From positions 64,001-128,000 of the forward strand of contig CAVTUQ010000026.1 in NCBI GenBank assembly GCA_963737905.1: 64,000 nucleotides of DNA. Reading direction: 5' to 3'. Shown piece by piece: positions 21,240 to 31,503 of this stretch (position 1 is the first letter of the stretch; each line of letters begins with the position of its first letter). Under the pieces are notes generated by a model that had not been told where the DNA came from, searched no databases, and saw only the letters and a program-made list of their open reading frames with translations. A program made the translations under genes and the position numbers. The stretch is from an uncultured delta proteobacterium. Lineage in GTDB: Bacteria; Desulfobacterota; Binatia; UBA9968.

Positions 21240-22571
21240 ATGAAGTCACGATGGATTGGTCTAGTAATTTTCCTATTATTTACAGGTATCTTCTTTTCAT
21301 TGGCCCCTCAAGTCTGTCCCGGATTTAGGCGGTTCCTCGGCATGGGGAGACGACGACGATAAGCTACCGTTTCCAAAGAATGCGACCGTTACAACTCTGA
21401 TCACGACACCACGCCGCTTGCATCGGTTGACCGGAGACAATCACCGTAATTTATACACCGTTGGTTTAGGCACGCCTCCCTGCCCGGTTTGGCAAATCAA
21501 CCTCCACAAACCCAGCCTAATTCCGGTCGGATTCATTGTACCCGCTGCCGGAGACTGCGGCTTCAATGGAATTGCGTTTAACCGAGAACGGCAATCTGTT
21601 TGTGACCGACGCAGGGTAGGAATTCACGTCCAATTCACGACCGGGACCATTTACACGTTTAAACCAAGCGCCAAGAATCCGCCATCGCCACCATTTTCGC
21701 CTCAGGCGTTCCGGGAGCTAAGCGCATCGCCTTCGATAAGAAGGGAAACCTCTGGGTTAGTGACGGAGTGACGGGTCAGGGAAGAGTTTGGAAGATTGCA
21801 CTGGGGGTGGTGTGTGTGAAGACGAAGTGAATCCTTATCAGGGCTGTGAAGAAGTATTTCGTATCCAGCCGATGGCAAACGAGGTTAATCTCGATGCTAA
21901 TGGAGTCGGCGGTGTAGGGCGTGACATCCGTACGCTGCCGCAAGGGACGATAACCGTGACACCAACATCGCGTAATGCCGCCAACACTGAGGGCTCTGCG
22001 CCGTTCGTGGCCACCGGCCTCGCTTTCGACAAGGACGGAGATAACTGTTCATTGCTGATCAGGCGCGAGAAGCGATCTGGAAGGCGAAATTCGACCGCAA
22101 CGGCTATCTAAAAAGCAAAACAGGTTGCGATACTACCTTTACACCCAACACTCTCTGTCTCGACAACGTCTTTGTCGCGCATCCCTATCTTGAAGGCGCT
22201 GACGGAATCGCATTGGATCGAGATGGAAATATATGGGTCGTTGCCGCTGAACGCCAGGCCATCGTGTTTGTGACCAAGAATGGGAAAGTAATTGAAGTCT
22301 TCCGCAATCCCGTGAACGCGGCTGGCTTGAGAAATTCGGCCGATCCGGCAGTAGGAAACAACCACATTCTTGAACATCCCACGGGTCTCTTCCTTACCGG
22401 AAAAGCCCTCTGCTCGGCCCAGAACGACCATGGGGCAAGGGATAATGTCACTCGACGCTTGGGCGAGATCAACGCCAGCGCAGCCGAAGATGGGCCAATT
22501 CCTTTAGGTAAGATATCTTGCATGGACCAGGAGTTAAAAATTCCCGGTCTACGGTTTTACCCATCGACTAG
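21240..22571 (+). CDS. Secreted SMP-30/gluconolactonase-like beta-propeller, multiple frameshifts
   Basis: GGAGG RBS, signal peptide MKSRWIGLVIFLLF; blade motifs NGIAF, GLAFDKDG, EGADGIALDRDGNIWV across frames. Confidence 0.7.
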
Positions 22572-22992
22572 TGCTGTTTTCACCACGGGAGCCTCCTGGA
22601 ACAAAACCAGGATCGACGGCGTCTCTGATCCGCGAGGACGGAATCGAACATGGAGGTAAGATCGCCGCCGTGCAGACAATCTGTTCCTCAAGCCGGAGAA
22701 AAAATAGCTCCTCCCGCAGGAACGTAGCCAGGATTCTGTGTCGTTCGATCTGGGGTACGTTCCTGCGAGAACCGGGTCGGACCTGCGCAGAGTAAAAGTC
22801 CTTTGTGCGTCTAACCGGTTTCACTTTCTTGTATGCCACCAGGTGCGGCAATGGATAGAAGTAATGGTTTCCGGAGCGGTTGACAGCGAAGTTCAGGGTC
22901 GGATAGGTTCTAGAACCGATCCGATATCCTCCGTTTTCCAGTCTCCCCGAGCCAAGTGACGGTTCTCTTAGAATGGATTTAGGAGAACTCTG

Positions 22993-25082
22993 ATGGGATG
23001 GCTTAGCGGAGAAAAGAAAAGTGAGAATTCACGAGCTACTGAACTGAGCCAGCTCAAAGAAGAGTTGCGTGGCGTCTCTGAAAAACTCGAATCCCGCGAG
23101 AGCGAACTGGCCGAAGCCTTGGAGCAGCAGACCGCAACAAGTGAGATCTGCGCATGATCGCGGGAACGCCCACCGATATTCAAATAGTGCTCGACGCCGT
23201 GACCGAGAGTGTCGCTCGGCTTTGTAACGCTACAGTGGAATCCTTTGTGTGGGCGGATGAGGTGATTAGCAATGGTGAGTGGCCAGAGGTCTAGTGGAGC
23301 TCAGGGGAGGAAAAGCTGCGTAGTGGGACTTTTGCTCGGGTAGGTTATCTGGGCGCGGGAGACCCCGTCAGCGGGGGTTATCGCATCGAGGCGTTCCGCC
23401 AGGGACTAAAACAGCTCGGCTACATCGAGGGGAAAAATCTTATAATCGAGTATCGGTTCGCCGGGGCTAGGTTGGATCGGCTGCACGAGTTGGCGGAAGA
23501 CCTTGTCCGTCTCGAGGTCGACATTATCTTTGCGCGAGGTATGCCGGCGACCGACGCTGCTAAGAACGCGACGCAGACGATCCCGATCATCACAAGCAGT
23601 AGCGACCCGGTAGGGTCCGGGCTTGTCGCCAGCTTAGCGCAACCGGGTGGAAACATTACCGGGCTGACCAACCTTACCTCGGAGTTGGTCGGAAAACGGC
23701 TTGAGCTGCTCAAGGAGGTGATTCCTAAGCTATCCCACGTCGCCGTTCTTTGGACTCCAGGTCATCCTGCGGTTGGAGTTTGGAGAGAGGCCGAGGTTGC
23801 CGCTCAATCTCTGGGCGTGCAGCTCCAGGCCGCAGAGGTACGAGATCGAGACGATTTAGAGCCGGCTTTCGCAGCTATAAAAAGAGAACGTGCTGAGGCC
23901 CTGATCATGCTACGGAGCCCCATCGTTAATGACCTGACGAAAGGGATCGTCAATCTTGCGGCCAAGAGCCGGCTACCGGCCATCTACGATGATAAAAGAT
24001 TTCCGCAGCTTGGTGGCCTCATGAGTTATGGGGTCAATCTGGCTGATCTGGACCGGCGTGCGGCCACGTATATCGATAAGATTTTGAAAGGCGCCAAGCC
24101 CACAAACTTGCCCATCGAACAGCCGACGAAGTTCGAGCTGCGGATCAATCCCAGGACCGCCAAAGCCCTAGGGAGCAGAATAACGGAGACTCTGCGCGAG
24201 GCTTATAGCGGGTTGGAAAAACAGGTCGAAGATAGAACCCGCGAGCTTGCTGGTGCCAACGAGAAATTAAAGGAGTTGGATCGACTGAAATCGGACTTCG
24301 TCTCTCACGTCTCGCACGAGCTGAGGACGCCGCTCACGGCAATCAAAGGTGCCGTGGATCTGATACTACGCGAGGTCGCGGGACCGCTTACCGAGAAGCA
24401 AATTCATTATCTCACCCGCGTAAGATCGAATACGCAGCATCTGGCCGGTTTGATCAATGACTTGTTGGATCTCGCCAAGATCGAGTCGGGAAGAATCGAG
24501 GTTAAATCCAGTCGTGTTTCTCTCAGCGGTCTCGTGCATGAGGTGGCGGAGTCCTTGCGGCCCGTTGCGGCGGAGAAAGTCATTGCACTTGAAGCGATCA
24601 TTCGCGAACCGTCCATTCTAGTGTGGGCGGATCGGGATAAGATCAATCAAGTCCTGACGAACCTGATCGGCAATGCGATCAAGTTCACGCCTGTTCAGGG
24701 CAGGGTTACAGTGTCAGCGTCAAGAAATGGCGGAGAAAGCGTTCAGGTGTCTGTATCCGATACCGGTCCGGGAGTACCGGCGGACGAAAAAGAAAAGATT
24801 TTTGCTAAGTTTTACCGGATCGCCGAGGTGAATGGAGAGAATTCCAAAGGCACCGGTCTCGGTCTTGCGATCTCCAAAGCGCTTGTGGAGTTGCATGGCG
24901 GCAAGATTTGGGTGGAGTCTGAGGCGGGTGGCGGCAGCACGTTCTCGTTCACTCTGCCGTTATCAGGTCCGCAAAATTCCGGATGGTGTTCTGGATTGAC
25001 TGCTCGGAGAAGATTTAACAGAGAGCGAGTGCTAGTGGCAACGACAATGAAATCAAATACTTTACCACGAAGTGCTTCATGA
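22993..25082 (+). CDS. Histidine kinase with an ABC_sub_bind sensor domain (N-terminal coiled-coil/GAF-linker stub separated by a frameshift at ~23150 and TAG 23292)
   Basis: ORF 23472-25082: DPVGSGLVASLAQPGGNITG...PTKFELRINPRTAKALG joined in frame to [36 protein letters not shown]. Confidence 0.8.
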
Positions 25083-25264
25083 TCAGACGCCGCCGACAGA
25101 ACGTGAAGCTACAGGTCGTCAGCCGGCATGGTTAGCCGGCATCCAGGTCCACGTGGCTGACTCCGGAGAAATCTATGTGAACTGGATGGCCAACACGCGA
25201 TGCTGGTCGACAGAAACGAGTAGTTTAAGAACGATCGTGGCTACGCCTCGATTTGGAAATGAGG

Positions 25265-25341
25265 TGCGAAGAGCACGAAGTATAAGAAATTGAATGTAAA
25301 TATTTCCGTGTCCTTCGTGCGCTTCGTGCGCTTCGTGGTGA
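25265..25341. repeat. Palindromic 9-mer repeat element (CACGAAG/CTTCGTG)
   Basis: gcgaagagcacgaag ... cttcgtgcgcttcgtgcgcttcgtggtg. Confidence 0.65.
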
Positions 25342-25388
25342 CATGATATTTTTTTATTGATTCGACAATTTGGAATCGGCACCCAAAA

Positions 25389-26741
25389 ATGAAAACTCTT
25401 AGCGGGACCATACTTGTTGCGGATGACGATGCCGATATTCGCGACATTCTAAGTGAAACTCTGAATAGCCTTGGTTCCCGAGTGATCACGGCCGCCAATG
25501 GGCGCGAGTGTCTGGACAAGGTGGACAAGGAGGCGCCGGAACTGTTGCTCCTCGATATCGAGATGCCGGTTAAAAACGGACTCGAAGTGTTGAAAGAGTT
25601 ACGACAAAGAGGGCGTGACACGACAGCAATTATGATCACCGCCTACGGCACGATCGAGCGGGCCGTGCAGGCGATGCAAGAAGGTGCGTTTGATTTTATC
25701 ACCAAGCCCTTTGACCTTGACCATATTGCCATGGTCGTGGAAAAGGCGCTGGAGCGCGAACGGCTTAAGAGAGGCCTAGAACGCTTTACCGAGGAAGCTG
25801 GCGAGCGATATCGGTTAGTGGGCGGTGAGAGCCCGCAGATGCGAGAAGCGATCGAGACGGCTAAAAAGGCCGCCTCCAGCAGGTCGACGGTTTTGCTCCT
25901 TGGCGAAAGCGGCGCGGGGAAAGAAGTCTTCGCCCGGGCCATCCATAACTGGAGCGAAAGAAAGCATGAGCCGTTCATCGCGATTAATTGTGTAGGACTT
26001 TCCAAAGATCTTCTTGAAAGCGAGTTATTTGGCCATGAAAAAGGGGCCTTCACTGGCGCGCATCATTTTAAAAAGGGCAAGATGGAACTAGCCCATCGTG
26101 GAACCGTTTTTCTCGACGAGGTCGGGGACATTTCGGCGGAGTTGCAAACCAAGCTCCTCAGATTTCTTCAAGAGCGGGAGTTTGAGCGGGTCGGCGGCAC
26201 CCAGCCGATTCACGTGGATGTTCGGGTGATCGCAGCTACCAACCGTGACCTCTCGATCGCCATCAAAGAAGGACGATTCCGTGAGGACCTCTATTATCGT
26301 CTTAACGTCATTCCCATCTCGCTGCCGCCATTGAGAGAACGAAGAGAAGATATACCCGTTCTCGCGAGATATTTTTTGCGGCGGTTTGCCTTGGAAACGA
26401 AGAAAAACTTTACCGGGATCACAGCGGAGGCGGAGGCGAGGCTTGTAGCCTACGCATGGCCGGGCAACGTTCGTGAGCTGGCGAACGCGATTGAGCGAGC
26501 CGTCGTACTCGGCCAGGGCCCCGAGATTACTCTCGAAGATCTGTCGCCGCGTATCGCTTACTCGGAAGACGAAGGAACTTCCGACGGTTTGTCCTATCGC
26601 GGAGCCGTAGACGCTGCCCGAGCGAATGTCATCAGGCGAGCGCTGGCGACCACTCAGGGCAATCGAGCCGCCGCTGCAAGGATCCTCGGCCTGCACAAAA
26701 CCCACTTGCTAAATCTGATGAAGTCCCTCGGGATTGGTTGA
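25389..26741 (+). CDS. sigma54-dependent response regulator (NtrC/AtoC family)
   Basis: Receiver (ADDD, LDIEMP), GESGAGKE, GAFTGA, FREDLYYRL, Fis-type HTH. Confidence 0.95.
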   Translation: MKTLSGTILVADDDADIRDILSETLNSLGSRVITAANGRECLDKVDKEAPELLLLDIEMPVKNGLEVLKELRQRGRDTTAIMITAYGTIERAVQAMQEGAFDFITKPFDLDHIAMVVEKALERERLKRGLERFTEEAGERYRLVGGESPQMREAIETAKKAASSRSTVLLLGESGAGKEVFARAIHNWSERKHEPFIAINCVGLSKDLLESELFGHEKGAFTGAHHFKKGKMELAHRGTVFLDEVGDISAELQTKLLRFLQEREFERVGGTQPIHVDVRVIAATNRDLSIAIKEGRFREDLYYRLNVIPISLPPLRERREDIPVLARYFLRRFALETKKNFTGITAEAEARLVAYAWPGNVRELANAIERAVVLGQGPEITLEDLSPRIAYSEDEGTSDGLSYRGAVDAARANVIRRALATTQGNRAAAARILGLHKTHLLNLMKSLGIG

Positions 26742-26831
26742 GTGATACGACAGAAAGGCTTCGTCGAGTTTACCATAGAGGAGTAATTCGTCACGAGGAG
26801 TCGACTAAGACTGACCGAGGCCCTCCGATTC

Positions 26832-26927
26832 CGTCATTCCAGCATGGAGTGCTGGAATCCAGGTCGACATGGATGTCTCCGGACGCATCTTGCGCACCCT
26901 GGATGCCGGCAATCCATGCCGGCATGA
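26832..26927. repeat. REP-doublet-like palindrome (GTCATTCC...GGCATGAC)
   Basis: Two hairpins in inverted orientation. Confidence 0.6.
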
Positions 26928-27129
26928 CGAAGCTCTACCATTTTCACACTCTCTAGGCGATCGTTAAGATGATGAATCACGAATGTTTCTTCAAGCGCCA
27001 CATGATGCTTGACCTGCGAGGAGGAGCTGTGTTTAGTTGGTTCGTGGACGGAGGCGAAACCGGTCGGTTTGAGCTGAGAGAAAACTCGTCGCTCATCGCT
27101 GACGACGGAGTTTAAGGAAAAGAAACCTG

Positions 27130-27154
27130 GATTCCCGTTTTCACGGGAATGACG
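27130..27154. repeat. REP-like palindrome, identical copy at 46424-46448
   Basis: GATTCCCGTTTTCACGGGAATGACG present at both sites. Confidence 0.75.
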
Positions 27155-27175
27155 CGGGGAAAAAAGAGGTAGACA

Positions 27176-27883
27176 ATGCCCAGCTCGTGGGAGAAAATAA
27201 AGGTCGATAACAGTCAGATGCCGCTTTATGTGAGTGTGCCGGCGAGCGGCGGGCCGGTGCCGGGCGTCGTCGTAGTGCACGGCCAGTCGGGTTTGGAAAG
27301 TTTTATCAAAGACACCACCCACATGCTGGCGCTTCAGGGATACGCTGCCGTTGCGCCGAATCTCTATCACCGCGATGGTACGGACTGCAAGGACGACAAT
27401 CCGACCCGCAAAGCGCGCTTGCGCGACACGACGATCATCAACGACATCAATGCTGCCATCGGGTTTCTCAAGAATCACCGGCAAGTCGACGGTGGACGGT
27501 TAGGCATCGTCGGCTTTTGCATGGGAGGGCGGTTAGTCTATCTCATGTCCGCTGCGAGCAAAGATCTCAAAGCCGGTGTGATGTTTTATGGCAGCGGCAC
27601 CATGGTGCCGTTTGGCGAAGGTCCGTCGCCGTTCGATCGCACGCGCGAGATCAACTGCCCGGTCCAGGGACACTTCGGCGCTGAGGATCAAAACCCATCC
27701 CCCGCAGACATGCGAAAGCTCGACGCGGAGCTTACGAAATGGGGCAAGGTCCACGAGTTTCACACCTACACTGGGGCGGCCCACGCCTTTGTGAATTCAG
27801 GTTCAAGCAACTACCGCCCCCGCGCCGCTGCCCTGTCGTGGCCGAAAGCGATGGCATTTTTTAGCAGGCATTTAGTGGGATGA
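27176..27883 (+). CDS. Dienelactone hydrolase family protein
   Basis: GFCMGG nucleophile elbow, GAAHAF. Confidence 0.9.
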   Translation: MPSSWEKIKVDNSQMPLYVSVPASGGPVPGVVVVHGQSGLESFIKDTTHMLALQGYAAVAPNLYHRDGTDCKDDNPTRKARLRDTTIINDINAAIGFLKNHRQVDGGRLGIVGFCMGGRLVYLMSAASKDLKAGVMFYGSGTMVPFGEGPSPFDRTREINCPVQGHFGAEDQNPSPADMRKLDAELTKWGKVHEFHTYTGAAHAFVNSGSSNYRPRAAALSWPKAMAFFSRHLVG

Positions 27884-27948
27884 AATTTAGCCCATGAGAA
27901 CGGTCGCTAGAAAAAAATAGGTTCTTCTGGGTTTAGTGTGGAAGAGTA

Positions 27949-28135
27949 TTCACCACAAAGGGCACGAAGAGCACGAAGAAAAGAAGATTTTACCGCAAAG
28001 AACGCAAAGGACTTAGGTTTAAGATCTGTGAGGCGATGGCCCTGGCGTTACCATTAGCGGTGCGGTGAAGGACACGAAGTTTTGGTTTACCATGTATATC
28101 CGAACCCTTCGTGTACTTCGTGATCTTCGTGGTGA
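27949..28135. repeat. Composite palindromic 9-mer repeat element
   Basis: caccacaaagggcacgaagagcacgaag ... cttcgtgtacttcgtgatcttcgtggtg. Confidence 0.65.
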
Positions 28136-28481
28136 CGAAATCAATGTGATAGTGTCAGATTGTCCACACGGAAGCGTGAAGAGACAGCGCGGCATTTAGC
28201 AATCGATAATTGTGACCCTCCCGAATCGTCGCAAATTTTCTCTCTCGCCTTTGCAAAATTTTCTTAGTGTCATTCCGAACGGAATGTGAGAAATCTTTTT
28301 GGTAGTCGTCCGGGACCAACTCGAGTATATGGTCCAAGATCCGACCCTAGATTCTCCGGCTCGTACCTTTTTGCTCACTTGACCGGTTCATCATAGTCTC
28401 CGTTTTTCTCCCGCTTTCGATTTTCTTTTTAAAGACTGCTCGCTTACCGTTTTGTGTGCCAGACTCATCGGTTCGAGATTA

Positions 28482-28498
28482 TTGGTATGTTCTTTGCT
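28482..28498 (+). promoter_or_regulatory. Possible sigma54 promoter
   Basis: TTGGTATGTTCTTTGCT, GG-N10-GC spacing. Confidence 0.45.
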
Positions 28499-28513
28499 GA
28501 TTCGAAGTTGTCT

Positions 28514-28972
28514 ATGGGAATCGCATTTAAGATCGCTAATCAATCAGGCGAAACGAATTCGATGACTGCCGAGGCGGATTACTCCATCTACACATTCCAG
28601 CAGTTACTTAAGGAACGTTATTGGTTTGATGCCGATCACTACTTCAACCGCGAAAGACTCGAAGAAGAGATCGAAAAGCGTTGCGCGCGTTTTCAAGAGC
28701 CAACCAAGCGGAAGAGATCTGCTGCCGCTGGGTCGGGTAGCCGGTACAGGCCTTACGGTCTTATGTTAGGCGTTTTTTTTCTTGTGATTTCGAGCGGCCC
28801 TTTCCTCGCCGTTGAGTTCCTCGACACGATGAACGTCATTAGGGACGTTAACGGAGATAACTCGCTCTTGTCGGGCGTGTGGGCGCTCTTCACGCTTCCA
28901 TTCGCGGTGATGGTATATATGATCGGCGGCATCATGGATGCGGAACGCGTCGTAAAATGGTTCAATCTATAG
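28514..28972 (+). CDS. Hypothetical membrane protein (2 C-terminal TM segments); start uncertain
   Basis: Hydrophobic stretches GLMLGVFFLVISSGPFLAV and VWALFTLPFAVMVYMIGG. Confidence 0.6.
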   Translation: MGIAFKIANQSGETNSMTAEADYSIYTFQQLLKERYWFDADHYFNRERLEEEIEKRCARFQEPTKRKRSAAAGSGSRYRPYGLMLGVFFLVISSGPFLAVEFLDTMNVIRDVNGDNSLLSGVWALFTLPFAVMVYMIGGIMDAERVVKWFNL

Positions 28973-29203
28973 ACAGGCGTGGAATTTGCGTGATCAAGAC
29001 TCAAGGTCGATCGCGCCTGAGTTCCGCAGCGGTCATGCGCACTAGCGGGGCCGTCACCACGTGCGAATACTCCCAACCGATCGGATCAGTCACGATCACG
29101 CCTGCTACTGGAGCGAGTAGCGAATGGAACGGCTTGAACGATTTGAACCTCTTGAACGGTCCAAGTCGCTCAAGCCGGTTTCAGAGGCATCGGACTCGGC
29201 GAT

Positions 29204-30031
29204 TTATGGTACCCCCGGCGGCTTGGTTTTGCCGTCATAGTACTCTTGGGTGAAGTCCGGTTTGCGTCTTTGCGAAAAGGCGGCCGAGCCTTCGTCATAA
29301 TCCTTGCTTTGCCTCAGGTGGGCGTAGAAGTCGCGGTGCACTTCGAAGGCTTTTTCCCAGCCCTGGATCTCGTACAACAGTTTGTCTTCAATGTACTCCA
29401 TGGTATGCGCGGCGATGAGGCGGCCGTTGCGATTGATCGTCGTACATAGCTCAACGCAATCGTCGATGAGCTTGCCAGGCTCGCAGATTTTCTGCACGAG
29501 ACCCAGCCGAAAGGCTGTATCAGCGTCGATCATCTGGCCGGAGAGCGCGAACCAGTACGCCCAACCGGTAGGCAACTGGCAGACGTAATGCGGCCACGCC
29601 GCCATATGCGACCAGCGGACCTCGGAGCAGCCGAATTTCGATGCCGGGACGCAGTAGCGGATATGACAGGCGAGGGACAAACTGAAACCGCCGCCCACGG
29701 CGTAGCCGTTAATGGCGGCAATGATCGGTTTGTGCATTTGCAAAGCCCGGGTATTCGAGTAAGGCCGCGGGCCGGAGCGCGGTCCTTTCATCTCGCCCTT
29801 TGCAAAAGCGAGATTCTCTTTGAGATCACCGCCGGCACAGAACGCGTCCCCAGTGCCCGTGAGAATAATCGACCACACATCGTCATCCGCCTTTGCTTTC
29901 TGCCACGCTTCGTCTAGCGCCCAATAAAGATCGCGGCTGATGGCGTTCTTTTTCTCCGGGCGGTTGAGACGGATGATCGCTATGTGGGGCTCGCGCTTTT
30001 CGTAGATACATAGGGGTTCTGGTTCGGACAT
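29204..30031 (-). CDS. Enoyl-CoA hydratase/isomerase family
   Basis: LNRPEKKNA, AFCAGGDL, AAINGYAVGGG. Confidence 0.9.
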   Translation of the reverse strand: MSEPEPLCIYEKREPHIAIIRLNRPEKKNAISRDLYWALDEAWQKAKADDDVWSIILTGTGDAFCAGGDLKENLAFAKGEMKGPRSGPRPYSNTRALQMHKPIIAAINGYAVGGGFSLSLACHIRYCVPASKFGCSEVRWSHMAAWPHYVCQLPTGWAYWFALSGQMIDADTAFRLGLVQKICEPGKLIDDCVELCTTINRNGRLIAAHTMEYIEDKLLYEIQGWEKAFEVHRDFYAHLRQSKDYDEGSAAFSQRRKPDFTQEYYDGKTKPPGVP

Positions 30032-30054
30032 ACTTCCTCCTTGGTTTTGTGAGT

Positions 30055-30140
30055 TAGAGGTCAGAGATCAAAGATCAGAGGTCAGAAGTCAGTCTTGCGG
30101 TTTGAAGTGTCAATTTGACGACTGATCTCTGACTTCTCAA
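30055..30140. repeat. Inverted heptamer array (TCAGAGG/TCAGAGA ... CTCTGAC)
   Basis: agaggtcagagatcaaagatcagaggtcag ... ctgatctctgac. Confidence 0.6.
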
Positions 30141-30152
30141 CCTCGTTTCTGG

Positions 30153-31360
30153 TTAGTACAGTACTTTTTCATCTTCGAGTGCAGCAATTTCCTTATCGCT
30201 CAGGCCAAGGAGTTCCCGGGCGATCTCGTGCGTGTGCTCGCCCATCATCGGGGCGAGGCCGCGCACCTTGCCCGGCGTTTCAGAAAAACGCATAGGAACG
30301 TTTTCAGTCACCACGTCGCCCGCTTCCGGCTCTGTCATATTTACTAAAAAGCCGGTGGCCGCATATTGGACATCGCGTTTGAACTGGTCTTCGACGTCTT
30401 GCACGACGGCCGCGCAGACGCGGGCTCCTTGCACCAGGTTCATCACATCATACGGGTCATGTTGCAGGGTCCAACTCGTGACCCATTTGTCTAGTTCTTC
30501 TTTGTGCCGCACGCGGCCGAGATGGGTGGCAAATCTTTCGTCTGGTTTCAATCCCGATTTTTGCAATAAAGCCGAGAAACGCTCCCATTCGTCTTGAGTA
30601 TAAACCGCGATGACGCACCAGCGGTCATTGCCCATACACTGGTAAGGACCGTAAGGCGCCGCGACCAGGCTGCGATTACCCTCGGGTTTGGGCTCTCTCT
30701 TATTGACCGAATATTCCAGATATTTCGGACCGAGTAGCGATGCGCCGATCTCGACCTGGGCGCTGTCGATCCATTGGCCGCGTCCGGTTTTCTTGCGCTG
30801 GATCAATGCCAGCACGACGCCGAAGGCGCCGGTCACACCGCCCATAAAATCCGGATGCTGGGTACGCGGCTCGGCTGTCGCTGTGGTGGCGTTGGCATAG
30901 TTCCAAAGGTACGTCGTTGCCATGGTGTTGCCGACGTTCGGGCCGTAGGTTAGATCGGCGGCGTGGGGTCCGCTGCAGCCCATGCCTTTAACGCGGATCA
31001 AAATACAAGACGGATTAATCTCCTTGAGCTGCGGCCAATCGAGTCCCCACTTTTCTAAAATACCCAGACCATAATTCTCCACCAGTACGTCGGAGATTTT
31101 TACCAACTCTCTGACGAGACGGCGGCCTTTGTCGGTTTGCATGTTGACGGTGAAGGATTTTTTTCCGCGCTGCAGCTTCATGAAATCGGGATTTTTGTTC
31201 CACTTGGCGGGGTCTTCGCCGCGATGGCCGTCGCCGCGCAAGCGCGTTTCACAGCGAATCACTTCGGCGCCGAACTCGCAAAGCACGCGTGCCACCGTGG
31301 GGCCGGCGGCACCGGTGGTCAATTCGACGACGCGTATTCCTTCCAAAGGCAGCTTGCCAT
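30153..31360 (-). CDS. CaiB/BaiF family III CoA-transferase (likely 1-bp deletion just after ATG 31360)
   Basis: LEGIRVVEL, GAEVIR, DVLVENY, GRGQWID, APMMGEHT. Confidence 0.9.
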
Positions 31361-31503
31361 AATCGCCTTAATCCTCTTCAGATTTCGTTACAATTTCGCT
31401 GCGGACAACTGTCACCTGAACGAAGTGAAGAATCTCAGGTGCGATCATTCTTCGCCTGCGGCTTAGAATGAAGGGACTGATTGAACGGACTAGTGGAATC
31501 CCA

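Noticed and set aside
8725-23294. Genome-wide TAG recoding (two in-frame TAGs at 8725 and 23292)
   Set aside because: TAG ends complete genes normally here (e.g. 10683, 37728, 45088, 63451) and no pyl genes are visible
27949-28135. CRISPR array
   Set aside because: Short inverted 9-mer units without regularly spaced unique spacers
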